A DNA stretch of 63,531 nt, counting the filler, from Octopus bimaculoides (lineage: Eukaryota), in NCBI RefSeq assembly GCF_001194135.2. It is 6 parts of 5 records of this genome, joined end to end, with 100 filler letters (N's around TTAATTAATTAA, not from the genome) between each part and the next. Parts side by side here need not be neighbours in the genome. Positions count along the whole stretch, not along the records: positions 47,413 to 58,959 come from NC_068987.1; positions 59,060 to 60,849 come from NW_026388807.1; positions 60,950 to 62,427 come from NC_068989.1; positions 62,528 to 63,531 come from NC_068984.1; 2 more parts are not named here. One strand, 5' to 3'. Shown here one piece after another: positions 48,671 through 63,531 of the stretch (positions within the stretch are counted from its first letter, which is position 1; each line of letters starts with the position of its first letter). The translations under genes were made by a program, and so were the position numbers. The notes under the pieces were generated by a model that saw only the letters and a list, made by a program, of their open reading frames with translations, was not told the DNA's origin and ran no database searches.

Positions 48671-50432
48671 CCACTTGAAACGGAGGATGAGGATAGAGAG
48701 GAAAGTGTTGTCGAATGAAAGTTTCAATAAAAAATGGGTCATTGTATATTTTTTTTACAATAGTTGATCTATAGAAAAGATTATGTTAAATTTTTGAAGT
48801 GTGAATATGTGAATGAAACTTAAGTTCATACCTCTACATGGTAGCTAGACCTGGTAAAAATAGCAGCCGAGTCTCCCTAAAAAAAGCCCGCAGTCTAAAT
48901 CCAGCATTTCTGTTTATTATGCAGTTTAAATGAGAAACTGTAACTAAAGAGTAAGAATATTAACCCCAGAAAAATGTGAAAGAAGAGAGACAGCATTGCG
49001 AAAGTTTTCGCTGACTCACATCCTATAGTCCTCTTGTTGCTAGCGAAATGGTATATGCCGGCTGCGTAAGCAACTTGTTTTAATGGCGGAACAAACAGGG
49101 GAATTCCATTAGAAAACTTTTAATCGATTTTCTCGGTAAGTATGGGGGCTAGCAAAAAAAATAGTAACCGCATTTCAATCTATGCACCCATGTCCACATG
49201 TGTGCCACTGTTAACGCGAATCTATCTAGCCGTTTGGCTATGAACCTCAAGACAAGAAAGAATACAACGATCGCCCATATCCAGTTTATATTGTAAATAT
49301 ATAATATGCATAATAAAACGAATGGTTTTACACCTAGCAGCTTACTGGTAAAACACGGTCACTTTCACAGTGATCGTTAAGTACATGGCAAATGAAAGAT
49401 GGAAGATGGAATATACGAGAATTTAATATTTATCAGGACAATTTTTATACACATCTAGCATTGATTCCTCATGCGTAGGACACTCAACAACTAGTTCCAG
49501 AGCATCCACTGGTGCAGATGTATCACGTCGGGTGATGAATAAATAAAACTCGTCAAAATGACTTTACCACAATGTAACTTTCCGTTTTGGAAAATGAAAA
49601 GCAGCCAGACGGAGGAAATATCTTAATTTATATAGAAGATCAAAAGTAAAATCACAGATATGCAAAATGACAAACGAACGCGCAATACAGCGGGAAAAGT
49701 ATTAAAAATAACCGTTAACAGATATGGATATATAAATGCCCTCGGGCAAGCTGCATGATGCGAGTACATTCGCTCATATAAGCATCCGCAAAAATGTGAG
49801 CATACGTAAAACTGTGAGCATACGCAACCGTGAGGTTTGGTGCACTTATGATCACAAAGCGAGTTAATTATTTACTTGGTGTTTATAAGAATAGAGAGCT
49901 TAAAAGTAAACTTACGTCAACCATACCTTATAGTAAATTAAATTAAGTTAACGGTTACTTAAAATTAATTCCCACTGCATTGTGCGAAAGTATATTTATA
50001 TGCGTGTAGGCATTTCGAGACTCCTTCAAAAATTCTAATAATGATCTTCTCATTAGCCCACAGAATAGGTAGGGATTCCGCGGTGCAGAGACGGCATTTC
50101 CTGGAAATTATATTTTATGGTTTCACGTAATTTACTATGGATCAATTAATGCTGAACTTCGTTTTATCCTCCTTCAGTCGCCATAAAAATGTTCGCAAGA
50201 TGTTGAATGTCTCTTATTGATTGTCTTAAAGCTGGAAACATAATTACGATAACGATTCTTTAATGAATCAGCCATCAACCCAATAAGGCCATCCACTTGT
50301 GTGCACGATATATTTATATACAAGATTTGTACGCATACAGAGATTCATCAAAGGAAATTTTGATTTTTCTCTGCATGAGTATTTTTCGTATATAAGGCAG
50401 TCCCGAATTCATCTATCTATCTCTCTATCTTA

Positions 50433-50491
<59 letters not shown>

Positions 50492-52037
50492 CCGATCGAT
50501 CTATCTATTTTGCACGAGAAAGAGAGAGTCACAGTCAGACGGATAGGTATATAGATATTAGGAAGATTTGTCCTCCGACCACCTGAAATCCATGTTGTTT
50601 CTTTTACGTCCCCATAACTTGATGATTCGGCAGAAGCGCCTCGCATGTTAAGTACCAGATTTTAGAATAAGGTACTGGGGACGATTTGTTACACTAAGCC
50701 ATTAAAAGTGGTTGAATTACTGTAACGAGTATAAAGTAAAAGATACACATACATGGAATGGGTGAACTATATAGAAACCATTAATATTTGAGATTGCTTC
50801 GAAAGAGTAGAGCTAGTAGAATCGTAAGCACGCCGCGCAAAATCCTCGACAACCTATCGTCCATATGTAAGCTCTGAGTTCAAATTACGCCGAGGGCGAC
50901 TTAAATTTTATCCTGTCAGGGCTCTATAAAACTAGTACTGGGGACGATCTAATCTACTAGACCCATCCCCCTAACTAGCTGGCTTTGTGCCAAAACTTGT
51001 AAACAATGTTTCAGATTGCTTTGAAAGAGGTGAACCAGTAGAATCCTTTTCGTCCGTCTTTACATTCTGAGTTCAAATTCCATTGAGGAATGTACATTTC
51101 ATCATTTTGGAGTCAATGAAATGTGCACCAGTTGAATACTGGGATGGATGTAACCCCTTCCCGAGAAATTGCTGGCCTTGTATCAAAATTTGAAACCGAT
51201 AGTACAGCTTGTTGCTAACAAATTCAGTTTATATTTATATAACGTTGTGCCAAGAAACAGCAGTTTTATAAGAAGATAATGTATTTAGGTTTAGCCTTTT
51301 ATCATGTAATACATTTATCGAGTCTATAAACAAAAGTTATAGAATATTATAACATACATTAAACAAAATGTCCAAATACACCATCTATTTAAAAGCAAAG
51401 AGTCAATAGTATATTGATAAAAATAAAGAAAGGAATTAGACAATGGCTTCTACGTAATCAATTCACCAGCTGTACGCAAACAACGCACCGTCTAATGTTA
51501 AGGCTCTTTGAATCAACCTATCATTCATTTGGCATATTTGTACAGAGCTTACGTGATGTTTACTTATATATTACAGCATCGTTGGTACTGCGTATTAGGT
51601 AGAAAGCAATGTAATCTTATGTGCTTCAGACTAAAAGTAAAATAAGATTTTGGTAAAGATTGAATTAGAAAGACGATATTTGTAGGCTTAATATATTTGT
51701 CATTTGAGTTATTTACGGCTCTGTTCACAAAGTCGCCGACACATACACACATATTCACACGCATGCTTCCAGCTTCGAGAGTTTACAGCTCTGGTTCTAC
51801 TGACATCTGATTAAAATGTCGCCGGAATGTATCGTAAGAAAGATTCTTCAAGTCGCAGGTGTAAACGAAGAACGAGGTGATCGAACAGTTTCAGTTACTA
51901 ACGCTTGTGATACCAGCCAAAGCTGTAATATGACCCAAGGAAAAGGTGCCTGAAACAATCTCTCCATGATCCTCGCAAGACAAAAGAAAAGTGGATGGAT
52001 TGTTGCATAGACATACATACATACATACACGTATGCC

Positions 52038-52110
<73 letters not shown>

Positions 52111-53130
52111 CATGAGTACATTGCCATTTGAACAGTAGATAGTCAATGGTTTAATTTCTTGAAATTATTGTGATTTTACGCTAAACGCAATTGAAATGTC
52201 ACCGCGTAGATGCATTCGATCATAAGTTTCCTCAATACCAATGGAGTGAGTTGAAATACAAGTAACCGTCTCATAAGGTCTTGAAATATACGTTTGTAAT
52301 CAGTAATTGCTGAAAATTCCAGCTGCATAGCTACTACCAGTGAGATTTTATGACCATTAACATTTAAGCAATTTTCACCATTTTTGAACTGTTGAAAAAT
52401 GTTCATTTGTACGTTATCATTATATAATAATCTAAATAGTTTTGATACCATGATTTTGGAAGGAACATTTCTTTAATTTACGCCGTCTCAAGTCCCTCTG
52501 GCACTAAATATCAGTTACCTCAAACGTATAGGAAAAACGCGAACCGAAAATTCCAAAAATTCACGTATTAGGAGGTATTAAAAAAATGAATGTTAGACAG
52601 CTATTACTTAAAAGCAAGTGTTAGTGAGCACCCATCTTTTTATTACAGTAGGTCAGAAATCTCAACAAAATACACAGATTCACCTATTCAAAAAATTGCT
52701 TCATTCTGCAACGTTGATGGTGGTGGAGTGGTGTAAAATGTTACAAAGTGAAAATGTTTGAATATCTACTCGTGTTTTTTCAATGTTCGAACCAGAATAA
52801 CTTCTTACGATGAAGTTGAAATTATATCAAACTATATATATTCTGAAAATACTCCTATGGATATGTATTATAGAAATGTAGAAATACAGTGTTAAAACAT
52901 ACACCGGATATCCATTTTCATATACTGAATAGAGTTCAGAATGATAATTCTCATTTTATGAGGTAATGCGGATGCGCGGAAATCAATGTGCGACAATTAG
53001 GAAATCTTTCAAATAAAAAAATTAACAAGAACAATGGAAAACAAAATGATTCAAAAGCTATTTGCTAGCCTCCTACATATCACGAAATCACGAGGTTAAT
53101 AAAAATGATTTCACCTGCTTCAGTACCTCA

Positions 53131-53194
<64 letters not shown>

Positions 53195-54493
53195 ATATAT
53201 ATCACATAGATTTGTTTGTGTTAGTGTATGCATAAAAAACAGGACTGTTGCGAGTCTGCAAACTGCATTGAGCAACGCAGGAGGGATAACCAAATCTCAG
53301 TTCCACAATTAGTTTTTTTTTGTTTTCAATGATGAGTAGGATAAAGTAGATCATCCACACCACAGATATTGTTTATACTGGGCATCTATCATATCAGTGC
53401 TGTATATGAACATAACCAGACTAATGTTCGCCATGAACAAACTCAGAATCTGAGCTGAATTTGCATGTATATTATTATTTTTATGCAAATATCGGTTTTT
53501 AATATAGATTAGATTAGTAACCATCTAATCGTCCTTTCTTTTTTTTTTATCATACCAATGGGTTCTACACAATTTTGTCATGAGAATTGAATCATTACGT
53601 TTGTAACCCATTTGTTAGTACTCCAACTTTTTAACTTTACGTGATCTCAATCTTGGTAGTTAACAAAACGACCACTCAGTAATTATCCTCCTTTTCTGTT
53701 TTTTTACTGTAATGATATCTATCATCTCTGGTAGCTATGAACGTATATGTGCTTGTTGAAATTTAAAGGAATGTTAGTGCTGTTCTCATGTATCCTGAGC
53801 AATATCTATCAATGAATATAACCACGAACTAATCTGCAGGCATTCAAATTAATTGATCGAAGAAATTCTTGAATTTGATTCTTACACTCAGTGTACAATT
53901 CAACATATGCATGTCGAAGTAACGTGATCCTTAAGGGTCATCTTCAATGTGGTATATGGGCAAGCTTTGGTTCAGTAATTCAAGTATTCGATACTTTTAA
54001 ACGTAATACCGGATTCAATTAGCCATACCTTATTCTAAATAATAAGGTAAATTGTAGCCCACGGCGATTTGCGAATCGTTTCAAAGTACACATTTATATT
54101 CACAAACGTAACGTTATATATTTCATCAATATAAGGTACAACTATTAATTTATACATATATATATACATATATATATGTATATATATATCCTCCGGGGTT
54201 TGGTTAAATCCAATACCCTCCACAACCTTATATATNNNNNNNNNNNNNNNNNNNNNNNNNNNNNNNNNNNNNNNNNNNNNNNNNNNNNNNNNNNNNNNNN
54301 NNNNNNNNNNNNNNNNNNNNNNNNNNNNNNNNNNNNNNNNNNNNNNNNNNNNNNNNNNNNNNNNNNNNNNNNNNNNNNNNNNNNNNNNNNNNNNNNNNNN
54401 NNNNNNNNNNNNNNNNNNNNNNNNNNNNNNNNNNNNNNNNNNNNNNNNNNNNNNNNNNNNNNNNNNNNNNNNNNNNNNNNNNNNNNNNNNNNN

Positions 54494-54528
<35 letters not shown>

Positions 54529-55026
54529 TATATCTCTACGAGCATACTCGAGCACACACACACATATGCAAACATGCATGAGCTACTTGCATACATACAT
54601 ACCTACATATGTCTAGAAACATACATTTATATATACATGTGTGTGTGTGTGTGTGTGGGTGTGTGTGTGTGTGTCCGTCCGTGTGTGTATGTGTGTGTAC
54701 TTATATAGACAGGTAGATGGATAGGAATGTAGATAGATAAATTGATAGATACTAATATGAATATTGATATATACATAGGCATATATGTATACTTATCTAA
54801 GTATGTGTATGAGGGTGTGCATAATGTCTGCAAGAAACCAATGTGGAAAGGGAAAAAAAGAAAGTGAAATAGAGGGATATGTACATCACTCTTTAAAGAA
54901 ATGAATTCGAAACTGCGTATTTCAAGTAAAGTGTAAGCACCCAGATTTTATTCTACTCATACATATATGGGCATATAATAATACTAACAGAAACATAATT
55001 ACTTGCATGTATGCATATGAGCCCCG

Positions 55027-55127
<101 letters not shown>

Positions 55128-58100
55128 NNNNNNNNNNNNNNNNNNNNNNNNNNNNNNNNNNNNNNNNNNNNNNNNNNNNNNNNNNNNNNNNNNNNNNNNN
55201 NNNNNNNNNNNNNNNNNNNNNNNNNNNNNNNNNNNNNNNNNNNNNNNNNNNNNNNNNNNNNNNNNNNNNNNNNNNNNNNNNNNNNNNNNNNNNNNNNNNN
55301 NNNNNNNNNNNNNNNNNNNNNNNNNNNNNNNNNNNNNNNNNNNNNNNNNNNNNNNNNNNNNNNNNNNNNNNNNNNNNNNNNNNNNNNNNNNNNNNNNNNN
55401 NNNNNNNNNNNNNNNNNNNNNNNNNNNNNNNNNNNNNNNNNNNNNNNNNNNNNNNNNNNNNNNNNNNNNNNNNNNNNNNNNNNNNNNNNNNNNNNNNNNN
55501 NNNNNNNNNNNNNNNNNNNNNNNNNNNNNNNNNNNNNNNNNNNNNNNNNNNNNNNNNNNNNNNNNNNNNNNNATATATTATCTATGTGTGCATATATGTA
55601 TATATACGTATATACGGAGGCACCACATCTGTATTACTTTTTCCTTTTGCCTTTTCTCTCACTGCTCTCCTGGAAACTACTTGAATTTTATGAACGTCTA
55701 ATACGTAGATTCTCAAATTTATGAAGCTCCACTGATCGAAAGTATATTCTATAGCGTTATCCCAAAGAGACTGAATTCTTTCTCCATTATTCTAGGCGAT
55801 TTTCAATGATTAATTGTGCAGCTGTTGTTTAGTTCACTTCAAACTGAAATAACAATAATGAAACAATAATAAACAAAATATGAAAAAAATATAAAACGAT
55901 AAATATATGATGAAACAGAGAAATCAATGAAGCAATAAATATTTCTTGAACAAATAGTTTTAGAAATCCTATTCTGTATACTTATTTCACTCACCCCTCC
56001 ACTTATCCTCCATTAAATCTCGTTCCAATAGATTTTTTTTCTTTCTATCGGCAAAATGTATTTTTTGTTGAGTGTCTTCTAATCGATTAAATTGGCCCCT
56101 GAAAACATATTTCAGAGAGTCTAAAATTGTGAACGCTAATATTAAGACTGGCGAGTTATACATTTAGGAAAATAGAAGACTGATACTGTCAGACTAAAAT
56201 ATTTCGCGCTCAACGGCAATCTTATCGAAAAAAAAAAGGAAAAAAAAAAACTAGTGGTTTTAAAACTGGCAGTTCGACTTGCCATCGTCGTCTGATATGT
56301 AGAAACAGCGTTTTCTTACTATTAAATGGGTTTACAGTATGGATTAAATATAACTTACATTTTCGAACCGGAGTTCAAATTTTCAAATGAATTTGGCTGG
56401 GACAATGTGTATCGTTGTACGTCAGTCGGATTTGTACTGGATAAAAATCAATATTGAAACGTAATATTTATTTTGATTATAGAACACACAAGACATTACA
56501 TAATGCACTCTCTTTCATTCTATGAATCTATTTTAACCATGATGCTATTTATGACTGCCATTTACGATGGCGCCTTCACTTATTACTCTTACTATTACTA
56601 TCACTATTACTCCTTTGCACATTTTTTCACCCATTAATTTAGCATTAGATGGGTTTCGAAATATAAAAAGCACGTTTGATTATAGCTTAAACTAACTTTC
56701 AATACAAATCAGAATTTAACGTAAAATGATTTCAATACCTATGTTTACTCGTTCATTAGAAGTTTCTCATATAATCGATTGTGATGCTTTGCAATTTTGA
56801 AAAAAAGGTAAACCGAATTCTCCACCTTTTGAGTATTAGATATGAAAAAAAATGTATAAGAGAGATTGGTAGAATACATGTAGTACATATTTTTAACACT
56901 TGCTGCAAAATAACAGGTTTCATTATTTTATTAAAATATTTGTTAGTTCAGTAATGGCCTCTACTGTATAAGATATAGCACACATACACGAAAAGAAGTA
57001 GATTAATCATTATATATTCGTAGAAAACAAAACAAAAACAACCCCAAAAATAAGAACAAAACAATGTAAGTATGAGAGGATGCTGCGATATGCATATTCA
57101 AAGAAAAAACAAATACCCAACCACACTGGTACGCATCAACACTGACAAAAATATATACTCGTGCACACTCGCATACACAAATATCGAAGCACACACATGT
57201 GCACACACTCATGTGCACACACTCATGTGCACGCATTTAAGTATTACCAGTACAGAGAAATATCGTTAATAATTGTAAGACTGGACATTCACACAGAAAC
57301 TTTGCTTCACCCGTTTATGGCTTATCAAGTTTTTGTTGACCGACCTAAACACAAGAAAAAGAGCTTACAGCGATGAAATCAGAATAATAAAATTATAATG
57401 GAAGTAGAATCTTCAAGGTTCGTTTTTCGTTTTTCCCATCATAAAATAATTTTGAAGAAAACAAAATGAAAATGTTATGCAATGAGCATAGAGTAAAATA
57501 TAGCGAATATCAAAGCAAAAGTTGTGCTATCAATATGAAATACGTAATATATGCTTCCCATTAACGTTAAAAACGTAGTTTGTAAAATTGGGTAGAAAGT
57601 TACAAACAGAGTGGTAAAGAGGGAGAAATTTATTTTTAAAAATGATGTATGTAAAGCATCAGAACCATATATTTATTTGAAAACATATCTATGAAAGAAA
57701 AATGTTTTTAAACAAAGACTGGGACTTGAGGTACTACTTTAATGCTGTTGACAAATGATTCGTTACCACACGGGAAATGCAATTTATAAATATAGTTATT
57801 GATATTGATTTCAAATTTTGGCACAAAGCCAACAATTTCAAGGAAGGGATATGTTGATTTCATTGACTCTTGTACTCAATTGGTACTTCTTTCCTCGATC
57901 GCGAAGGATGAAAGGCAAAGTGGACCTCGGCAGAATTTAAACACAGAACGTGAATACGGACAAAATATCCCTAAGCATTTCGCCCGGCGTGTTCACGATG
58001 CTGGTAGCGCGCAGCCTTCAATATCGGTATTAATACTAGTTTCAAATTTTGAAAGAAGGCTAGCACGGTTTTTTTTTTGGGGGGGGGGGTAACAAATTAC

Positions 58101-58918
58101 AAGATGGGAACATGCATATCAGAGATATGTACTCTGCGCTCTTCAACACCAGCTCTTCCCCCATTTGATCGCTCTCTTCCGAAACATTTTGTGGTTCTGA
58201 AGCAGTCTTTTGTTGAGGCAATTTCGGGCATCTCCATAAAAACTGCCGGATAATGAGTAGGTGTCTCTATCTACCCTGCCTCTAAGACAAGATAACATTT
58301 CATGCAGCGTTCATCAAATGTATTACTTACGCAGCTGATGCAAAATTTGCAAACCACTACTGGCAGAAAACCTAGTCACTTATGGTAATTTCTTGCATAG
58401 TTATGATGAAATGTTTAGATATCATGACTGACAATAGCATGCTTCTTGGTTGGGCCATATGGAAGGCATGAAGTCTAGCCGGAGTTATGTGAATACAAAT
58501 CAATATCTGTATATGTACATAGAGAGAAATATGCATATAATGCATGTACATATGTGTGTGTGAGTGTTTGTATGAATATGTGCTTTTGTGTGTACGTGTG
58601 GATGTGTGTGTGTGTGCGTGTGTGTGTGTGTGCGTGTGTGTGTGTGTGTGTGCGAAGGTGTGTGTACATGTAGAAAGAAATAACTTTAGGAAGCGCTGAA
58701 CAGTTGTTGATCTTTAGAAAAGAGGTATCACGTGCATGCAAGTTTTTCGGGACTTCAATTCTTAATTCCTAAGAGGAACCGACCGCCTTCATATCATGGT
58801 TTGTGGGATACTACTCGTCTGCCACAGTCTGTGATGTTAGCATTTTTATCTGCAACTTTCTAATGGGCTATGCAACCCAAAGCCTAGATATCATTACTGC
58901 TGTAACGCTTTCCCTTAG

Positions 58919-58959
<41 letters not shown>

Positions 58960-59059
58960 NNNNNNNNNNNNNNNNNNNNNNNNNNNNNNNNNNNNNNNNN
59001 NNNTTAATTAATTAANNNNNNNNNNNNNNNNNNNNNNNNNNNNNNNNNNNNNNNNNNNN

Positions 59060-60700
59060 TGACACTCTATTCTCAGTAAATGGGTCATCTAAACTGGAAA
59101 TGGAATGAATTAAAAAGTCACTAAGAACATTTCTTTTGAATTTCTTTAATCTCAATATTGTATTCGAAACTGACATAAAATAGCGAACTTTCTAGATGTC
59201 ACATTAAATCTAAACACAAAGTTATACTACCCATACAGTAAACCAAATCAAACATTGCAATATATTAATGTCTCTTATAATCATCTGAAATTAACCATCG
59301 ATAGTATTATCACCACCATCTCCATTAGAATATCCATTCTATCAGGAAACAAGATTTTCAATGCACCCGCACCAACTTATAATCATGCCCTAAAATTAAG
59401 CGACTTTCAGGACCATATTTTCTACAACCTGGAGACCAAACTCAAAACTAAATTAGCTAATTTAACACCTCATAGTAACTCTGATATAAGTAAAATAACC
59501 CCTCATTAGATTATAAACCTACAAGAAAACCTGTCATTAACCCTATTAAATTTTATAATCCTAACACTGGAAAGTTCAATAAACATGCTCCCTCTGTGCC
59601 CAAACACTTGGATGGGGTAACTCACTCTAAATCTAGGAAAAGACAAATTACATGGTTCACCCCCTCGTTTTTGCTAAGAGTTAAACATCTTCCAAAACAC
59701 TTTTTCAAAATTCTTAAACTAAATTTCCCCAAGCACCATAAATACTACCCTATATTTAACAAAAATACTATAAAATTATCTTACTCTACCATGCCAAACT
59801 TGGGTTCAATTATTACAAACAGAAATAAAATTCAACTCCAAATTAATAAAAGCCCAGATCATAGGATACCTAACACAACTCCAAATAACATTAATAAAAC
59901 TAAAAGTATAAATAAGAAGCCAGAAAGCTGCAATTGTAGAAACCCTAACTGGTGTCTGCTCATGGGTCTATGTCTACGCATAAATGTACAGTGATAAATA
60001 AAAACAACAAACTAGGGTATATATAGGAAGTACCAAAGACTTCAAAAAATGGTATAGTATACACATAAATTCCTTTAATAAGTTAAAACATAAAAACTCT
60101 ACGGCGCAACCAAGCTATATACACAATTTAAAATTGCAAAACATTATTTAATTATTGTCTTCGTCGATCATAGATGAAGCCCCACCATACAATACCATTA
60201 CCGGCAGATGTCAACTGTGTATAAAAGAATCATACATAACCCTTCGCACTTTTAATTCTGTTTTAAGTAAGTTATCTGAAGCTATTCATTCGTGTATCCA
60301 TAGATATTATTTAACTTTTAAGAGTAAATTTAAATTCAAACCCGCATAGTAACATTTTCTATAGTACAACAATTTATTGCCACTTGGTTATAATATAAAA
60401 AAATAAAAATAAAAAACTCCCACCAGTCCTCTTAATAATTTCCATAATACATACGATTCTTATATAACACATAAATTAATTAATACTACCAAAAGAAACA
60501 CATTTCTAGTGCAAGCAGCACTCTTCTCTTTTCCCTGATGATGGGGACATTCCTTTGAAGTGAATCATAAGATTCACAAGTACCCTCAGAATGAACCCTT
60601 GAAACGATCGTAGGAATACTTCTTTTCATTTAAGTATGGTATCAAAAACTCATTTTAAACATTTATTACTCCCTGCATTCCGTAATTTTTAAACAAAATA
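59060..60700 (+). mobile_element. Penelope-like element (Naiad-like) 3' portion: RT thumb, GIY-YIG, 3' UTR/pLTR
   Basis: NFLDVTLNL..YPYSKPNQTLQYIN..NH; RKRQITWFTP..HFP..IFNKNTIKLSYSTMPNLGSII; CNCRNP..C; VYIGSTKDFKK..H..SF; PYNTITGRCQLCIKE; frameshifts and stops present. Confidence 0.88.
60531..60616 (+). ncRNA. Type I hammerhead ribozyme in the PLE 3' region
   Basis: Stem I TTCC(60531-34)/GGAA(60613-16); core CTGATGA 60535-41; GAAA 60601-04; palindromic helix III ACGATCGT; GUA cleavage triplet; long helix II. Confidence 0.8.
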
Positions 60701-61028
60701 TCTTTCTATATTTTATTATCCACATCAATATTTTTAACTCTACTTCATTATATTTACATATGTATATATTTATATACATATATACATACATATATATGTA
60801 TATATATACCTATGTATACATATACATATGTATACATATATATATGCATNNNNNNNNNNNNNNNNNNNNNNNNNNNNNNNNNNNNNNNNNNNNTTAATTA
60901 ATTAANNNNNNNNNNNNNNNNNNNNNNNNNNNNNNNNNNNNNNNNNNNNGGCTAAACTGGCAATATGACCATCCCCAAGTACAACAACATCTGTTTCAAC
61001 ACACGATTTCACATAAAAAATCTTGCAA

Positions 61029-61068
<40 letters not shown>

Positions 61069-61234
61069 ACAGCCTTCTTTCAGTTTCCGTCTACCAAATC
61101 CACTCATAAGACTTTGGTCGGGCCGAGGATTTAGTAGAAAACACTTGCCCAAGGTGCCACGCAGTGGGACTGAACCCAAAAGTACGTGGTCGGGAAGCAA
61201 GCTATTTACATATATCATTATATATATATGTGTG

Positions 61235-61267
<33 letters not shown>

Positions 61268-62358
61268 ATTTGTGTATGTATGTGTGTGTGTGTGTGTTTA
61301 AATACACACACACAAAACTCACCCTCCCACACACACATACGTTTATATATATGTATATACTTTATTTAAAAGCACCAGAAATATAACAAAGTACTGTTAC
61401 TCGGAGTAACAGCTTTTTTGTTATATTTCTGCTGCTTTTAAATAAAGCATATTACTCTACCTCTGGTATTTGAGTACTTTTTTTCCACCTTGTTGCACAT
61501 TTATGTGCTTACTCCGTTATATATATATGTTTCAGATTGAAAGGTTGGATTTGTATAGAAGGTAGTACAAAAAAAAAAAAGACATGACGAAAGGATAAAT
61601 GATATCTTATGAACCTCATCAAATTACTGCTGATTCTGCTATCAGATGCAATGGACTCATAGTTGAGTCTATGAACAACACGTAATAGCTTCATCTGAGC
61701 TATGAGTCCACTGCAACTTACGGCAGAAACAGTTGTTAGTTAATGGTGTTCATTTCTCATCTAATTGTTTCATATATATATATGGGGGGGGGGGTGTATA
61801 TGTTAACATAACTACAGCTGTTTCAAACGTGCTTTTCATTTCAAATCAATGTACATAAAAAGGGTTTCCTTCAGGTAAATTAAAATTGAGATAAAATAAA
61901 AATTTAACACTTAGGATTTTTTACACGAAGAGTATAAACTTTATATTGAGATTCTCATTTCGATACCGGTTGAGAGATAAATTGAGGAATGCTATTTTGA
62001 TGTTGAATATATGCGGCAATAAATCTGTCCACACATCCAGAGAAAGGGGATGGAAGAAAAAAAACTCATATCCACGTCATAAGAAGCTAAGTGATTCAAA
62101 GGAGTTGGCGCCAATTACTAGATAAAACAGACAGAGTGGCTCAATGAGTTTGCATACATGGAAATAATATATGATAGGTAATAAAAGTAAAAATAAAATG
62201 AAATAAAAAGTACAAGTAAAAATAAAAATAGAATAGTCATTATAAGGAAACGATAAAAAAAACCCCCCAAAAATTGAAATATAGATACAGGCATATGTAT
62301 GTATACAAATAGGAAAGGGGGAAACACATAAGCTTTCGCACACGCTCAAAAACACCTC

Positions 62359-62427
<69 letters not shown>

Positions 62428-62542
62428 NNNNNNNNNNNNNNNNNNNNNNNNNNNNNNNNNNNNNNNNNNNNTTAATTAATTAANNNNNNNNNNNNNNNNN
62501 NNNNNNNNNNNNNNNNNNNNNNNNNNNTATATATACATGTGC

Positions 62543-62573
<31 letters not shown>

Positions 62574-63155
62574 TATATATACATACATACATACATACAC
62601 ACATATACATACATACACACATACATACATACATACATACATACATATGTGTGTGTGTATATTGGCAAGGGGATGGGCATCTGGTTATAGAAAATCTACA
62701 TTAACAAACCCTATTTGACCCATGCAAGCATTGAAAAGTGGACATGGAAAAGTGGATGTTAAAATGATATGTGTGTGTGTGTGTGTATTCATAAACATAT
62801 GTCACTAGACATGTTCAGTCAACCATATCAGCCTTAATTTGTCACTTGATAATAACACATAGATGTATCAGGGAACCTACAGAAATTTCTAAAACCAGTT
62901 ATGTGACTATCCTCTACCAGTCAAGTCCTATTCAAAATAAATAATAATTTGAGCCATGAACTCCCTATAAAAATAGGGCAGCTTCAAACACTAGTCAGAA
63001 GCAAGACAGTTGTAATGTAAGCCATGTCTTTTTATTTCAAATTTGTGAAAATCAGTGTAAACTGTGAAACTGGTTAAATCTTTAAATATAATAATAATAA
63101 AAATATTTAAACTTTTCTCAGTGCATTTTCTACTTCTATTTTTCCTATATTTCTA

Positions 63156-63531
63156 GGATCTTTATGGTTTGATGGCCAACACTTGTTTTCTTAACGAAAC
63201 ACTTTCAAACTTGGGATACTGGTAGAATGTGTCATATAAAACATCTTTTTCTCTTAGCCTTCTTAACAGAAATTACTTCTTCATAAGTTATTTCATGTTA
63301 AAGTTGTCGTATTTCTGTAATTTCAACCAATCACTGACGTGTATTCAGCTGAATACAGTTAGTGCTGTTCGGTGTCAAGTGTGTTATTCCCTGTTTAATT
63401 ATATCATTATTCCCTAGTAAGGGTTTAGGGTTTTAGGGTTAGGGTTCGGGTTTTAGGGTTAGGGTTTTAGGGTTAGGGTTGGGATTAGGGTTAGGGTTAG
63501 GGTTATGGTTATGAGTTATAGGGTTAGGGTT
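63156..63531. mobile_element. Left arm of the same GGATC MITE family running into a (TTAGGG)-like array, cut by the window end
   Basis: 63156-63350 matches the reverse complement of 28280-28475; degenerate TTAGGG repeats at 63417-63531. Confidence 0.8.

Noticed and set aside
59985-60000. TGA near the PLE zinc-finger region as possible selenocysteine recoding
   Set aside because: The TGA does not align to a conserved Cys and is followed by TAA in a frameshifted, decayed region; I could not identify a SECIS element.
63417-63531. Possible true telomere at the window end
   Set aside because: The repeats are degenerate and follow a MITE arm whose relative at 27895-28475 has the same motif internally.

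Overview
Intron-rich, AT-rich animal scaffold, dense in microsatellites, SINEs and N-gaps. The repeat families suggest an octopus (inferred from recalled families, not tested). The main host gene is an FKBP6/Shutdown-like PPIase-TPR co-chaperone on the + strand. I assembled 11 phase-consistent exons (26067-38031); the N-terminal exon(s) are not visible, and there is an extra R3H-like C-terminal tail. Just downstream, a gap-bounded 7-kb block (40319-47312) is an all-minus-strand mosaic free of SINEs and microsatellites. It holds a Penelope-like RT-thumb/GIY-YIG fragment, four parvovirus/densovirus-like NS1 SF3-helicase fragments from at least two lineages, several decayed ankyrin-repeat gene fragments (one fused in frame with NS1), and the 3' end of an R2 retrotransposon still joined to its 28S rDNA target site. 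Elsewhere are a second Penelope-like element ending in a hammerhead ribozyme, two minimal hammerhead-like motifs, a hAT transposase remnant, several MITEs with verifiable TIRs/TSDs, CR1/RTE LINE remnants, tRNA-derived SINEs, minisatellites and a weakly supported minus-strand gene. Most short ORFs in the supplied track are microsatellite or gap artefacts.
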